From Haliotis rubra (lineage: Eukaryota), in NCBI RefSeq assembly GCF_003918875.1, contig NW_025765336.1, forward strand, positions 2,604,001-2,668,000: a stretch of DNA of 64,000 bases, written 5' to 3'. The notes beneath the pieces were generated by a model, which saw only the letters and a program-made list of their open reading frames with translations, ran no database searches and was not told where the DNA came from. The translations under genes were made by a program, and so were the position numbers. Positions 38,201 through 50,108 of this stretch are shown here, in pieces (position 1 is the first letter of the stretch; every line of letters starts with the position of its first letter).

Positions 38201-41200
38201 ACGATGTGTTCACCTAACTATGAATTATTAGTATTTATCAAACTTTTAGCATATTTTAAACAGCATTTTCTCAGGTCCGAAAAGGCGCTACTGCATCATC
38301 AAACCACCAAGATGGCCTTTGCATTCGTTGTGACGTATAATGGTGTGTTTGCCTTCACTCTAATCACTTCTTCTGAGGTAGGAATTTTTTACCTATCTCT
38401 CAGTTGCAATACCAAGGATGCTTAAACAATTTGTTTTTGTTGATTCCATTCTCCCCCAAATCAAATCTGTAATAATAAACTTTCGGATCCTACCTGGATC
38501 CTACAACTGCACATGCAAGCCTGGCTATGCTGGAGATGGAAACACTTGTACAGGTAAAAATAGACGAGACTAACACGTGGTTACTCCGATTTGATATCAA
38601 TATCTACTTACTGTTTTTTGATAATCATAAAAATATTTAGGTGCAGTTAATCTGATTAATATTTGTATAACTGCATGTGATGTGTGACATTAGTTGTAGG
38701 ATTAGTAGCATCTGCAGTATTATTTGTAAGGGCGGAGATATTAACTGCAGCAGTAGTAATAGTAATAGTGGTAGTAATAGCAGGAGAATCACTTGATTAG
38801 TAATAGCAGCAGCAGTAACATCGTAATGGTAGTAGCAGTAGTAATGATAGAATCAGCAGTGGCAGTGCAAGTAGTAGTGGCAGAAGTAATACCAGCTAGC
38901 AGTGGTAGTAATAGCAGCAAATGTAGTAATAGCGGCAGCAATGGCAATGGTAGCAGCAGCAATAATGGTTGCAGCAGTGGTAACGGCTGTGGCGGAGGTG
39001 GAGGTAGTGGAAAAGCTATAGAATAACAAATGTGTCGTGGTATCTCTTAATGAGATATCGAAAGGAATGACCAATATATGTCCGATAAATATGATGTCAT
39101 ATTGTCCGTTTTTGTTCATCCACAAACATACCGAACCTCGTGTTACAAGTATATATTTCCACTGTTTCGAATTTCGAATTTAATTTTCAGTCCAACAATT
39201 AAGTTTCCTCATTTTCCAGAGGGAGTGTGTTCTAAGTATGGGAAAGAATGCCTCAATGGAGGAAAATGCGAAACAAGCAAGACTCCCACCACGTGTACTT
39301 GTGCAAGCGGTTACAAAGGAGCCACCTGTCAAAATGGTGAGGAAACATTTGGGAAGAGCATTAAATCTATGAAATCTTCAAACAACGTCAAAGTTATTTG
39401 ATCAGGGTTTGATCCACAACCTTCCTAACGTTCTCAAAAATTCTTAGTGTAGAAATAGTGAGGAAGATTCTAGTAATGGTTTAGTACTAAAATGGTGTCC
39501 GATGCAATTTCCATGTTCTAATTGTGAACAATTGACTTGCACTTGCGTGTGTTTGTGACTGCCGTAATCGATTGTGTAGGATACTCAAACGTTTTTGCGA
39601 ACAATAGGTATGATCGTTATTAAATAGTGGCACGTGATTAGAGCTGGAATCGTACAATGTTTCTTTCTGCAATAATAGAGACTGGTTGTCCTCTTCCTTT
39701 GGTGTACTATAATTTCGTAGATTAAATATATGTTATCCAACCCGAATAGAATAAGTCGAAGTTTAAACGTCATAGTGTTTATAGATATTAAAGAGTTTTA
39801 ATGAAAACTTGTTGACGAGTTACATGTAACAATCTTGAATACCCCTCACCACTGATATCCGTGATTCAAGCACTGAAAAAGAGCTTCCGGTTACTTGTTC
39901 TAATCAATGTTTATGTGTATACTGTTGTCTGACTCTACCTTTAACACTTAAATAGCGGGAGAGTGAGATCACTTATAAGAAAGGTTATTATCATATACAC
40001 ATCAGTCTTCTGTTTCAACCGAATTGACAATATTAATAATCGATAAACATTTCCAAAAATATAAAGTAACAACTGAGATAAGGTACATGTAAAAACACCA
40101 GTAGTTAGAATTGAATGTGTTCTAAATCGCTGAAGGATTTGTCAAACATTCACAAGAGAGTTTAAAGTTGAGACAAAGAAACTGTGTCTAATTCCATAGG
40201 AAAGGTGTGAATTCTGTATAACAATTTAACGATGTGTACACCTAACTATTAATTATTAGTATTTATCAAACTTTTAGCATATTTTAAACAGCATTTTCTC
40301 AGGTCCAGACGGCGCTACGGCATCATCAAACCTCCAAGATGGCCTTTGCATTCGTTGTGACGTATAATGGTGTCTTTGCCTTCACTCTAATCACTTCTTC
40401 TGAGGTAGGAATTTTTTACCTATCTCTCAGTTGCAATACCAAGGATGCTTAAACAATTTGTTTTTGTTGATTCCATTCTCCCCCAAATCAAATCTGTAAT
40501 AATAAACTTTCGGATCCTACCTGGATCCTACAACTGTACATGCAAGCCTGGCTATGCTGGAGATGGAAACACTTGCACAGGTAAAAATAGACGAGACTAA
40601 CACGTGGTTACTCCGATTTGATATCAACATGTACGTATTGTTTTTGATAATCATAAAAATATTTAGGTGCAGTTAGTCTGATTAATATTGGTATAATTGC
40701 ATGTGATGTGTGACATTAGTTGTAGGATTAGTAGCATCTGCAGTATTATTTGTATGGGCGGAGATATTAACTGCAGCAGTAGCAATAGTAATAGTGGTAG
40801 TAATAGCAGGAGAATCAATTGAGTAGTAATAGCAGCAGCAGTAACATCGTAATGGTAGTAGCAGTAGTAATGATAGAATCAGCAGTGGCAGTGTAAGTAG
40901 TAGTAGCAGAAGTAATACCAGCTAGCAGTGGTAGTAATAGCAGCAAATGTAGTAATAGCGGCAGCAATGGCAATGGTAGCAGCAGCAATAATGGTTGCAG
41001 CAGTGGTAACCGCTGTGGCGGAGGTGGAGGTAGTGGAAAAGCTATAGAATAACAAATGTGTCGTGGTATCTCTTAATGAGATATGGAAAGGAATGACCAA
41101 TATATGTCTGATAAATATGATGTCATATTGTCCGTTTTGTTCATCCACAAACATACCGAACCTCGTGTTACAAGTATATATTTTTTCACTGTTTCGAATT

Positions 41201-42524
41201 TCGAATTTAATTTTCAGTCCAACAATTATGTTTCCTCATTTTCCAGAGGGAGTGTGTTCTAAGGATGGGAAAGAAATGCCTCAATGGAGGAAAATGCGAA
41301 ACAAGCAAGACTCCACCACGTGTACTTGTGCAAGCGGTTACAAAGGAGCCACCTGTCAAAATGGTGAGGAAACATTTGTGAAAGGATTAAATCTATGAAA
41401 TCTTCAAACAACGTCAAAGTTATTTGATCAGGGTTTGATCCACAACCTTCCTAACGTTCTCAAACAATTCTTAGTGTAGAAATAGTGAGGAAGATTCTAG
41501 TAATGGTTTAGTACCAAAATGGTGTCCGATGCAATTTCCATGTTCTAATTGTGAACAATTGACTTGCACTTGCGTGTGTTTGTGACTGCCGTAATCGATT
41601 GTGTAGGATACTCAAACGTTTTTGCGAACACCAGGTATGATCGTTATTTAATAGTGGCACGTGATTAGAGCTGGAATCGTACAATGTTTCTTTCTGCAAT
41701 AATAGAGACTGGTTGTCCTCTTCCTTTGGTGTACTATAATTATGGAATACTTTCGTAGATTAAATATATGTTATCCAACCCGAATAGAATAAGTCGAAGT
41801 TTAAACGTCATAGTGTTTATAGATATTAAAGAGTTTTAACGAAACTTGTTGACGAGTTACATGTAACAATCTTGAATACCCCTCACCACTGATATCCGTG
41901 ATTCAAGCACTGAAAAAGAGCTTCCGGTTACTTGTTCTAATCAATGTTTATGTGTATACTGTTGTCTGGCTGTACCTTTAACACTTAAATAGCGGGAGAG
42001 TGCGATCACTCATAAGAAAGGTTATTATCATATACACATCAGTCTTCTGTTTCAACCGAATTGACAATATTAATAATCGATAAACATTTCCAAAAATATA
42101 AAGTAACAACTGAGAAAAGGTACATGTAAAAACACCAGTAGTTGTTGTGTTATCCTCTTCGTTCACTTGAACGTAATGTTATTTTTTCTGTTATGTTAAG
42201 AAAGCAATTTCATTTTTTAAATTCTAGAAGTATACATGTACCTGTTTATATCTGGATTTATGTATTTTAAAAGTTTGATAAGGCCTTTGAGTTATGCAAA
42301 GGAAACAACTTCCACAATCATTTGAACTTGTTCTCCTGGAACTGGGGAAGATGAAAGTGGAAAAGTTGTTACCGATGGTAGATACAGATATATTTCACAT
42401 AATATACATCTGTTTCATACATGAACGATAATCGGTTCACTTCTCTGTTTCAGCTGGAGGTACGGCGACAATTTCAGCATACCTGCTCTCTCTGACTGTT
42501 GTCACGTTTTTCGTCATCCAGTAA
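35243..42524 (+). CDS. Spliced gene for a small secreted, probably GPI-anchored multi-EGF protein; exons 35243-35282, 35529-35669, 36413-36535, 37190-37307, 39220-39336, 41247-41363, 42454-42524
   Basis: All junctions are GT-AG and phase 1, apart from a +1 indel in 37190-37307. Product: signal peptide MQLFRVPISLPLLVLSCWAVLDGVYG; EGF CTVPDDCHHSGKC..CNC..GYTGETC; cbEGF ETNECKTSHAPCDEHADCTNTPGSYNCTCKPGYAGDGNTC; EGF CSKYGKECLNGGKC..CTCASGYKGATC (3 copies); tail AGGTATISAYLLSLTVVTFFVIQ*. Confidence 0.8.
35846..42143 (+). repeat. Intragenic tandem triplication, ~2.03-kb unit
   Basis: CAGTAGTT junction motif at 38071, 40099 and 42136 (periods 2028 and 2037). Units are near-identical, including an (AGT/AGC)n low-complexity intron block. 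Confidence 0.92.
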
Positions 42525-43409
42525 ACGACCATTCCACGCTGACCGACACACCCAGTTTGAAACTGCGTTCTGCCATGTTTACAGCAAATCAAAGTATACT
42601 AAATTGTAAATCTTTAAAATGACTTGAGTTCACAGATATTTACCATACAAGTAATTTGTTTTGTTATTTGGTTGTTTTTGTATACCCTTTGTTCGAATCA
42701 AAATCTGTATCAGTTTGCAGTGTTGCCTTTGTGTGTGTTATTATGGTAGAGCTATACCGTTTGATTCTTGTTATCATATAAAAGGTCAAATCTCCCCTTC
42801 TTAGCATAAGGTACATGTTGCGTTTATCATTGATTGATTAGATGTGTTTAAGAGACTAGAGGTTACAGTACTATCAGTCAGTTTGCTATACAGGAGCTTT
42901 TAAGTGGATTTTCTTTTTCTGATGACATTTAACAACCATCCCAATAAACAATTTGAAAGATCCATGTACATTTCTCGAAACATATCTCGGGCCTGTCAGC
43001 CAGTGATTCTGATCCTAGTCTGCTTCATGACAATGTTATTACCTCACTGTAGGTAAGAAGACTAAATTCTCCCCTGGTTACCTTTAGGCCATTGATGACA
43101 TGTTACTGATGACGTGGACCTGTCCCCCAGTGACCACTGACACAGAGTAAATGTCATCTACTTCTTATCTATAGTGACACTCACAATCACATGAAAGTCT
43201 GCGGATGTATAGTAATGTGTGCTTGCAACATTGGTAAGTCTTCCGAATAAATATTACCTGCACGTATCTCACTGTCGTTGAGTTCATATATGGGCGGTTG
43301 TAATAGGGCCGTTGCCTGTTAGAAGTATGTTTAACATCCACGAACGCGTGGCACAAGAAAAAGCTAGGGACGATGGTACAAATGTGTGCATGTTATTCAA
43401 CCACACAGA

Positions 43410-43516
43410 TTTCACACCAGTAATGGGCTTCACACATTGTAGCCATGTGGGGAATCGAACCCGGGTCTTCGGCATGACGAACGAACGCTTTAACCACTAG
43501 ACTACCCCACCGCCCG
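43410..43516 (-). mobile_element. SINE family A, head and partial body
   Basis: GGGCTTCACACATTGT...GAACCCGGGTCTTCGGC...TTAACCACTAGACTACCCCACCGCCC. Confidence 0.85.
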
Positions 43517-43740
43517 TTTCGTTGAAAGATGGCACATGGGAACACAAAGTGAGTCCGCTTTACCCGTTATAAGTTTGTCCGTTATATCCATGAATTGTAC
43601 ATGAATAAATATCCGGCACACAGAACAAAGTTCGTTAAATCTGTCAGTTTGTTATGAGCGTGTTCGTCATTAACGTAGTTTACTGTATTACTGTTTTGGA
43701 TAGCTTTGAATGTTATTTTACATACAAACGTAATTTGAGG

Positions 43741-44816
43741 CTGTCCGCCCAGGAAAGCCACATTTCAAAAAATCATTTTGCCGGCAAAGCCACATTTCAT
43801 TTTGAAGGGGAATTGCCGGCAAAGCCATATTTTCAATACGCAAACCAAGTAGAGAGTTACCGACTAGTTAAAAAACGCCCCTGATATATAGGTCGGTTTA
43901 AGAAGATCTCAAATGATGTTTCACCATGGACATGTGGAACCACTCTGGGAATGATGGCCATCGGACTAATAACAACCTTGAGGGTTGGCATCACAAGAGC
44001 AACCAGTTAGCCCGAAAGTGCCACCCCAACATTTTTTGAGATTGTCAAACTGTTCAAACGCGAACAATCAGTTATGGAAGTTGAAGTCATGAGCCGCTTC
44101 AAGACGCAAGAAATATAGAAATATTGTCAGCCGACTAAGGTCGCTGAAGACGCAGTTGGCAAATCAACATTTGACTGATGTAGAGTATGCAGACCACAAG
44201 CATACACATAGTATAGCCTTGTATAGTTCATTCTAAATGGAGCGGGTCGGCGACGTGGTCACAGGCTCTCGTGTTTTTGCGAGGATTAATGATTAAAAAT
44301 ATATTGTTTTTGAGATGATCCCCGACTCGAAATGTTTCACAGTACAATACATCATATAGTGTGAAGCATTTCGAGTCGAAATCATCTCAAATGTTGGTAT
44401 ATATTTTATAAAATCTTTAATCCTCGCAAAGACACTCAGAGCCTGTGACCACGTCGCCGACCCGCTCCATTTAGAATGAACTATACCAGGCCATACTATG
44501 TGTATGCTTGTGATTGATGCTGAGAATTAATTATGAGAATTGATGATGGTGTGAATTAAATATGAGTTATGTGAGTGTTACTATACTATGTTTGTTATGA
44601 TTGTGAATCCTCCAGTGAATAAAACTGAAAATAAATGATCTATATCTTTGCTGTTCTATGTTAAATACGGTACCCTATTCCGGGGCTTACAATGTCGTGA
44701 TAGCATTGCCGCCAAAGCCACATTCCCCCGTTGTTCATCCGTGTCCTTTGCCGGGAACGCCACACGAAGTTCAGCCTGTTCTTTTTCTCAAATGTGTCTT
44801 TGCCGGGCTGTCCGTG
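43741..44816 (+). mobile_element. MULE/Mutator-like transposon relic
   Basis: 43926-44090 translates to WNH..DGHRTNNNLEGWHHKSNQLARKCHPNIF/EIVKLFKREQ, the MULE catalytic-E region, with a frameshift. Degenerate termini and GCCGGCAAAGCCACATT subterminal repeats at both ends. Confidence 0.8.
44195..44512. mobile_element. 318-bp palindromic MITE nested in the MULE relic
   Basis: Arms of ~145 bp (CACAAGCATACACATAGTAT ... ATACTATGTGTATGCTTGTG) around a ~20-nt spacer. Confidence 0.85.
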
Positions 44817-46207
44817 CAGCCTATAGAAGTACGCATTTTCCCCTGCAGCCAATAAGCCGGTATCCTTTCATAACCTGTGTACGATTAACGCCAAAGCTGT
44901 TTGCATTACAATGCAGTAATATCAGGACTTATAGAAGTGCAAGAAAGATCGCGTTTCTCAAATTTGATAATACCATGTGCACTTCACAGCTTACCCACAC
45001 GTAATACATCCTCGCCAGTATGACAAGAATAAGCTCCCCATATGCTGCAGATCTCATACCTGGGAACAACATTTGTAATCTGGAATGTTGTATCCCAAAG
45101 CGTTGCTGGCGCTATATCGGGGGAGTACGTGCGCGATCGGTGAGCACAAGTAGTTTCATCGGCAGGGCGGATGCCCAGTCACTGTCGTGAGAAGTTGTAT
45201 TGACAATTGAAAACCGGAAGTTAAGTTATTTAAAAAGCAAACAAACATCAATATTATTTACCCGAGATCGTTGATACCACTTCAGATGCAAAATCAATTG
45301 CCTTTATAACAAAAAATAGCAAGCGAAAATTCAGTAAGATCATTCGTCTGCAGGTGACAGGCAATATATAAATAGAAAGCCACTTTATCACAACACTCCC
45401 TCGCAGTGCGGAGCGAAAAGTATGGCTCATCGTCGAAAACCCATACAAAATCCACGGATGTGGCGAACAGCAACAGTTTCGCCGATGCGATGTCATCAAC
45501 CTTATTTTTGTAGGAAACACTTGATATTTTTGTGTGAAATAGATGAATATATCCTTTATCACCCAAGGTTAGTAAAATTAAAACTTCAAATGATATTACA
45601 GATAAAAATTACGTTTTTGTCTTACATCGTCGAAAACCCCTGATACCGGGATACTGACTAACATTATGAAAGCCGACATAATGAAGAGATACATTGTTGA
45701 TGAGTCATTTGTATATCTCTCAAGTACCTCATGATTGTCTTTATAACAGTGTTATTCACAAATTGACTTCACTCAGATTGATAAGTGTAAGACCTTTCCA
45801 TCAAAGGTGTTACTGTATGGCCCGCCTCTGCTGCACTGAACCAAAAGTAAAATTAATACTTACAGTCCAGGTAACGTCTCCCCCGACACCTGCAGGTATC
45901 ACACAACCATGTAGCGACATGTCTTGCTCAAACACTCAATACATGCAAGTCTATTTTCTGTCAATCAATAACTCTAATGGTCTTGTTTGTCACAAATGTA
46001 CACATACCCCCGTATCTAAATACTACAGACTCAACCCTTATCCTCCCCCTGGTGTTGTATGTTTGTCTGCGCGTCACTGTTGAGGTTTGCCACACACCAA
46101 TACAATGTTGTCAGTGCGTGTAAGTGCATTACTACAGACACTTTAAACTTCACACGGAAGAAAGCACGCCAGGGGATATGCAATGATAACACAATGTAAC
46201 CAACCAC

Positions 46208-46244
46208 AAACACACGCGCGCGCGCGCACACACACACACACACA
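46208..46244. repeat. Compound (CA)/(CG) microsatellite
   Basis: ACACACGCGCGCGCGCACACACACACACACA. Confidence 0.9.
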
Positions 46245-46261
46245 ATAAGGTGTTTTTTTTG

Positions 46262-47390
46262 GGATAGTACGATCCTCGTTTTACGTTACTGTAGAGTAGG
46301 GTCCACGTGCAATGTTTCAGTTTTTTGGAGAACACGATCCACGTGCAATGTTTCAGGTTTTTGGAGAGTATGATCCACGTGTTATGTTTCGGGTGTTTGC
46401 AGAGTGTGATACACGTACAATGTTTAAGGTGTCCAGAGAGTATGATCCACGTGCAAGAATTCAGGTGTTCGGAGAGTATGAGCCACGTGCAATGTTTCAG
46501 GTGTTCGCCGAGTATGATCCACGTGCAATTTTCGGGTTTTCGGATAATATGAGCCACGTGCAATATTTCCGGTGTTTGGAGTGTGTGGTGCACGTGTTAT
46601 GTTTCGGGTTTCGGAGAGTATGATCCACGTGCAGAGTTTCGGGTGTTTGGAGAGTCTGAACCAAGTGCAATGTTTCAGGTTTTCGGAGAGTATGATCCAC
46701 GTGCATTGTTTCAGGTGTTCGGGGAGCATGGTCCACGTGCGATGTTTCAGGTGTTTGTAGAGTATGATCCACGCATTGTTTCAGGTGTTCGCCGAGTATG
46801 ATGCATGTGCAATTTTCGGGTTTTCGGATAATATGAGCCACGTGCAATATTTCCGGTGTTTGGAGTGTGTGGTGCACGTGTTATGTTTCGGGTTTCGGAG
46901 AGTATGATCCACGTGCATTGTTTCAGGTGTTCGGGGAGCATGATCCACGTGCAATGTTTCAGATGTTTGGAGATTATGATCCACGTGCAATGTGTCGGGT
47001 TTCGGAGAGTATAAACCACGTGCAGTGTTTCGGAGAGTATGATCCACGTGCAATGTTTCAGGTGTTTGTAGAGTATGATCCACGTGCAGTGTTTCGGGTT
47101 TCGGAGAGTATGATCCACGTGCAATGTTTCAGGTGTTTGTAGAGTATAAACCACGTGCAGTGTTTCGGAGAGTATAAGCCACGTGCAGTGTTTCGGGTTT
47201 TTGGAGAGTGCGATCCACGTGCACTATTTCAGGTGTTTGGTCAGTAAGATCCACGTGCAATGTTTCGTGTTTCTGAGAGTATGTGTCACGTGCAATGTTT
47301 CAGGTGTTCGCCGAGTATGATCCACGTGTAATTTTCGGGTTTTCGGAGAATATGATCTGCGTGCAATGTTTTGGGTGTTTAGACAGTATG
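46262..47390. repeat. Minisatellite, ~37-38-bp unit GAGTATGATCCACGTGCAATGTTTCAGGTGTTT/CG
   Basis: About 30 diverged tandem units, with a higher-order block repeated at ~46490-46635 and ~46780-46920. Confidence 0.95.
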
Positions 47391-47501
47391 GTATTCCAGA
47401 ACCGGTCAGGTGAGCTACGAAAAGGCACAAAGGGTACCTTTCCGTGCCTCTGCATCTGCTCAGAGTTACTTCCCTTCATCCAGCGATAATAATGTTTCGC
47501 C

Positions 47502-49500
47502 GGTATTGTTTAAAGGTTCCAGGTCACTGGACATGCTAATCTCTTAAAACAACAGGTGATCACACCGTATTTTGAAGAGATGTTTTAATGCTGATGGAGT
47601 CATCGGTCTGGAGAATGTAGAAATACTCGGCCACCTCTAACATATAATTGGAATATAATGAAGATCTCTTGGCTTTAGAGCCTCACACCTTCACGGGTGG
47701 TATGAAGTTATTCATATTTGCAGATTATTAATAGAAGTTCTGAATGTAAGAGAGGTAAACGTTTTTGTAAAGATAAAGACGTTTATTCAAGTATTTGGTT
47801 TTACGGTCCAGATAAGGTAGCGAACTGGATATATCTGACATCCACTTGTGTTCAAACTGATCTAAATGGAGAAGGTTCTAGAAATATTTCAGATAATCCT
47901 AAACTCATGCAAAAGAAGAAAGCAAACTGATGAGATCGTCAGATCGGTGCCTCAGTTATCACATATCATGGTATCCAAGTTGTATTTTGTTATCCCAGAT
48001 TGATGTTTAATCGCATCACTGGATTATCTGGCCTAGACTCAGTTACTTACAACGGCATTAAAGAACAAACAATCAATGTTATTTTCTGATTTAGACGCGA
48101 TTACTTCTTTCCACCAGGCAGCCAAGATAATGTTTGCTATATATCCACCGTGCTGAAGAAGAACACCAAACCTTCAAACAGTACATGACACGCATGATAC
48201 CACTGAAGCTGCTTTGCTGTTTCAAGAGACAAGACACACAGATATTACGAGTCGAACTAAACACAGCATTATTTCAACGCCAAAATTTGGTAAAAGGTTC
48301 AAGGCAAAAACGCTACGTTAAAGAAAAACACTTAGTTTCTGCAATCTTTTATCTTTGGCACATCTCCAATGTCTGAAACGCTCAAAGTAACAAATTCATC
48401 ACATCTGTTTTTTATCTCAACTAGTTTTTACGTAGCATTCCACAGAAAGGGTACCTTTCCGTGCCTCTGCATCTGCTCAAAGTACAGAAATAAAAGAATA
48501 ACCAAATAGAGTGCTGTTTCTATACCATTAAATGCATATGATATAAATAATCAGGCTTTTCCGTTTCGATAGTCAGGTTGATCATGGAAGCGGGCACCCT
48601 GAAGGCATGAAAACCGAGTCTTTTAACTTCATTGATAAATGTTTTGCAATTCTTTTTTATTTCCTCTTTCGAGGCTGCAGTGCCACCACAAGACTGATCT
48701 CAGGGAACATCAGCTGATCAGTTTTGTTTTTATTTTAATAGGTGTTAGATATCACAGTCACCATCTTAATACGCGGAAACTGGTTTTCAAAGCATATACA
48801 ACACGTAGTGTTTCTCGTTTTATAGTGGGTGGTGCTTGATTAATGTTAATGTGTATATATTGCAGCCTTCGAACCGGATGAAATAGACACAACGTTTGTG
48901 TAATTTACATGGGGTGCCACTTGCAATCGTGTTCACGTTTCATCTGTCACTTAACTAAACACTTGAAGTTTCACTTCACTTGTCACAGATGGTAAGTACG
49001 TGCACTGAGTCCTAACCTTTAGCGTCTTGGCTGTGACGATTGTTCACGCGTCACCTTCAGATATCAATGCCCTGCTTCTATTTCCAACTCTACGGGTCGT
49101 CTCGATATGTTTTTTTAGGATCACATCATGAGGAGACAAAGGTTGATTATTGAGGCGAATCTAGGATGCGGAGCAGCGACCCTTCCATCTTGTGGTGGAT
49201 GTTTCGGGATATAATTCTGCACAGCCTGTTCCGGCGCCTTAATTAGACCTGATGGTGTCTCTGGTTTGACACTGAGCAATATTCGACGTACTGAGAGGCG
49301 GATCTTTCCAAAATTAGCGAGCATCATCATGACAAGCAACATATAGGAACAAATATCATGGAAATAAACCTTCGTTACATTTTGACATAAACATTTTATC
49401 AATTGCTCAATTGTTGACGGTCGGAAAAAATACAAAAATGCCACAAGCTTGTCTTAATTAACAGAAAGTCATTCTTTTGATTTGTATTCCGACTGAGAAA
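47502..49500 (+). repeat. Local segmental duplication, copy 1 (copy 2 at 56994-59755)
   Basis: Collinear similarity from GGTATTGTTTAAAG to ATTCC.ACTGAGAAA; copy 2 carries extra insertions. Confidence 0.9.
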
Positions 49501-49952
49501 AATTGTATGTCACTTTCAACATTGTTTTGTTTCTTTGCAGAGATTGGACGTTTGACCGAAACACGAGTCCTTACACCCCATAGCATTGGATCAGTTTCTT
49601 CAGGTCCAATAAAGGTGTACATACACAGATGTCATATAATTACAACACATTCATTTAATCTCTGTAAGACATTCTCAGATGGAAATGTGTTCATGAGCAG
49701 GCCTTCTGAGTATATGGTCAACATGGGATAGAATATCAGAGTTAGGATCTTTGGCAATGGGCAGCAATGAAGATCCGAAAGATTTTATTGCTTACCATCA
49801 CGATCTCATCCAGTCGACCTCTGATATATCAACTGTGTATAACTCGCAGCTTGTCCAAGCTTGTTTGAGAGCTATTACAAGTCTCACGCTGGTGATTTGA
49901 CTCTTCACCTTTGGAAGACAACAACCAGTTTGAATTCTGTGGATTCATAATG

Positions 49953-50108
49953 AATGAGTGGGTGAGTTGCTGTTTGCAATATTCCAGCAATAACACGGCG
50001 TAGAACACCAGAAAATGGGCTTCACCCAGTGTACCCAAATGGGGAATCGATCCCGAATCTTGGGCTTGACGAGCAAACATTTCAACGATTGGGCTACCCT
50101 TCCATCCC
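49953..50108 (-). mobile_element. SINE family A, diverged copy
   Basis: GCAATATTCCAGCAATAACACGGCG..CACCAGAAAATGGGCTTCAC...GGGGAATCGATCCCG. Confidence 0.75.

Noticed and set aside
46262-47390. CRISPR-like array or repetitive protein ORFs
   Set aside because: Units are contiguous with no unique spacers and there are no cas genes. ORFs in many frames are artefacts of a stop-poor tandem repeat.
47926-47960. CTGATGAG as a hammerhead core (also at ~57405)
   Set aside because: No GAAA box follows a stem II; the sequence is an ORF stop next to a SINE B fragment.
49121-49444. Minus-strand ORF conserved with 59367-59576
   Set aside because: Differences between the copies are mostly non-synonymous, so the shared frame is explained by the duplication alone.
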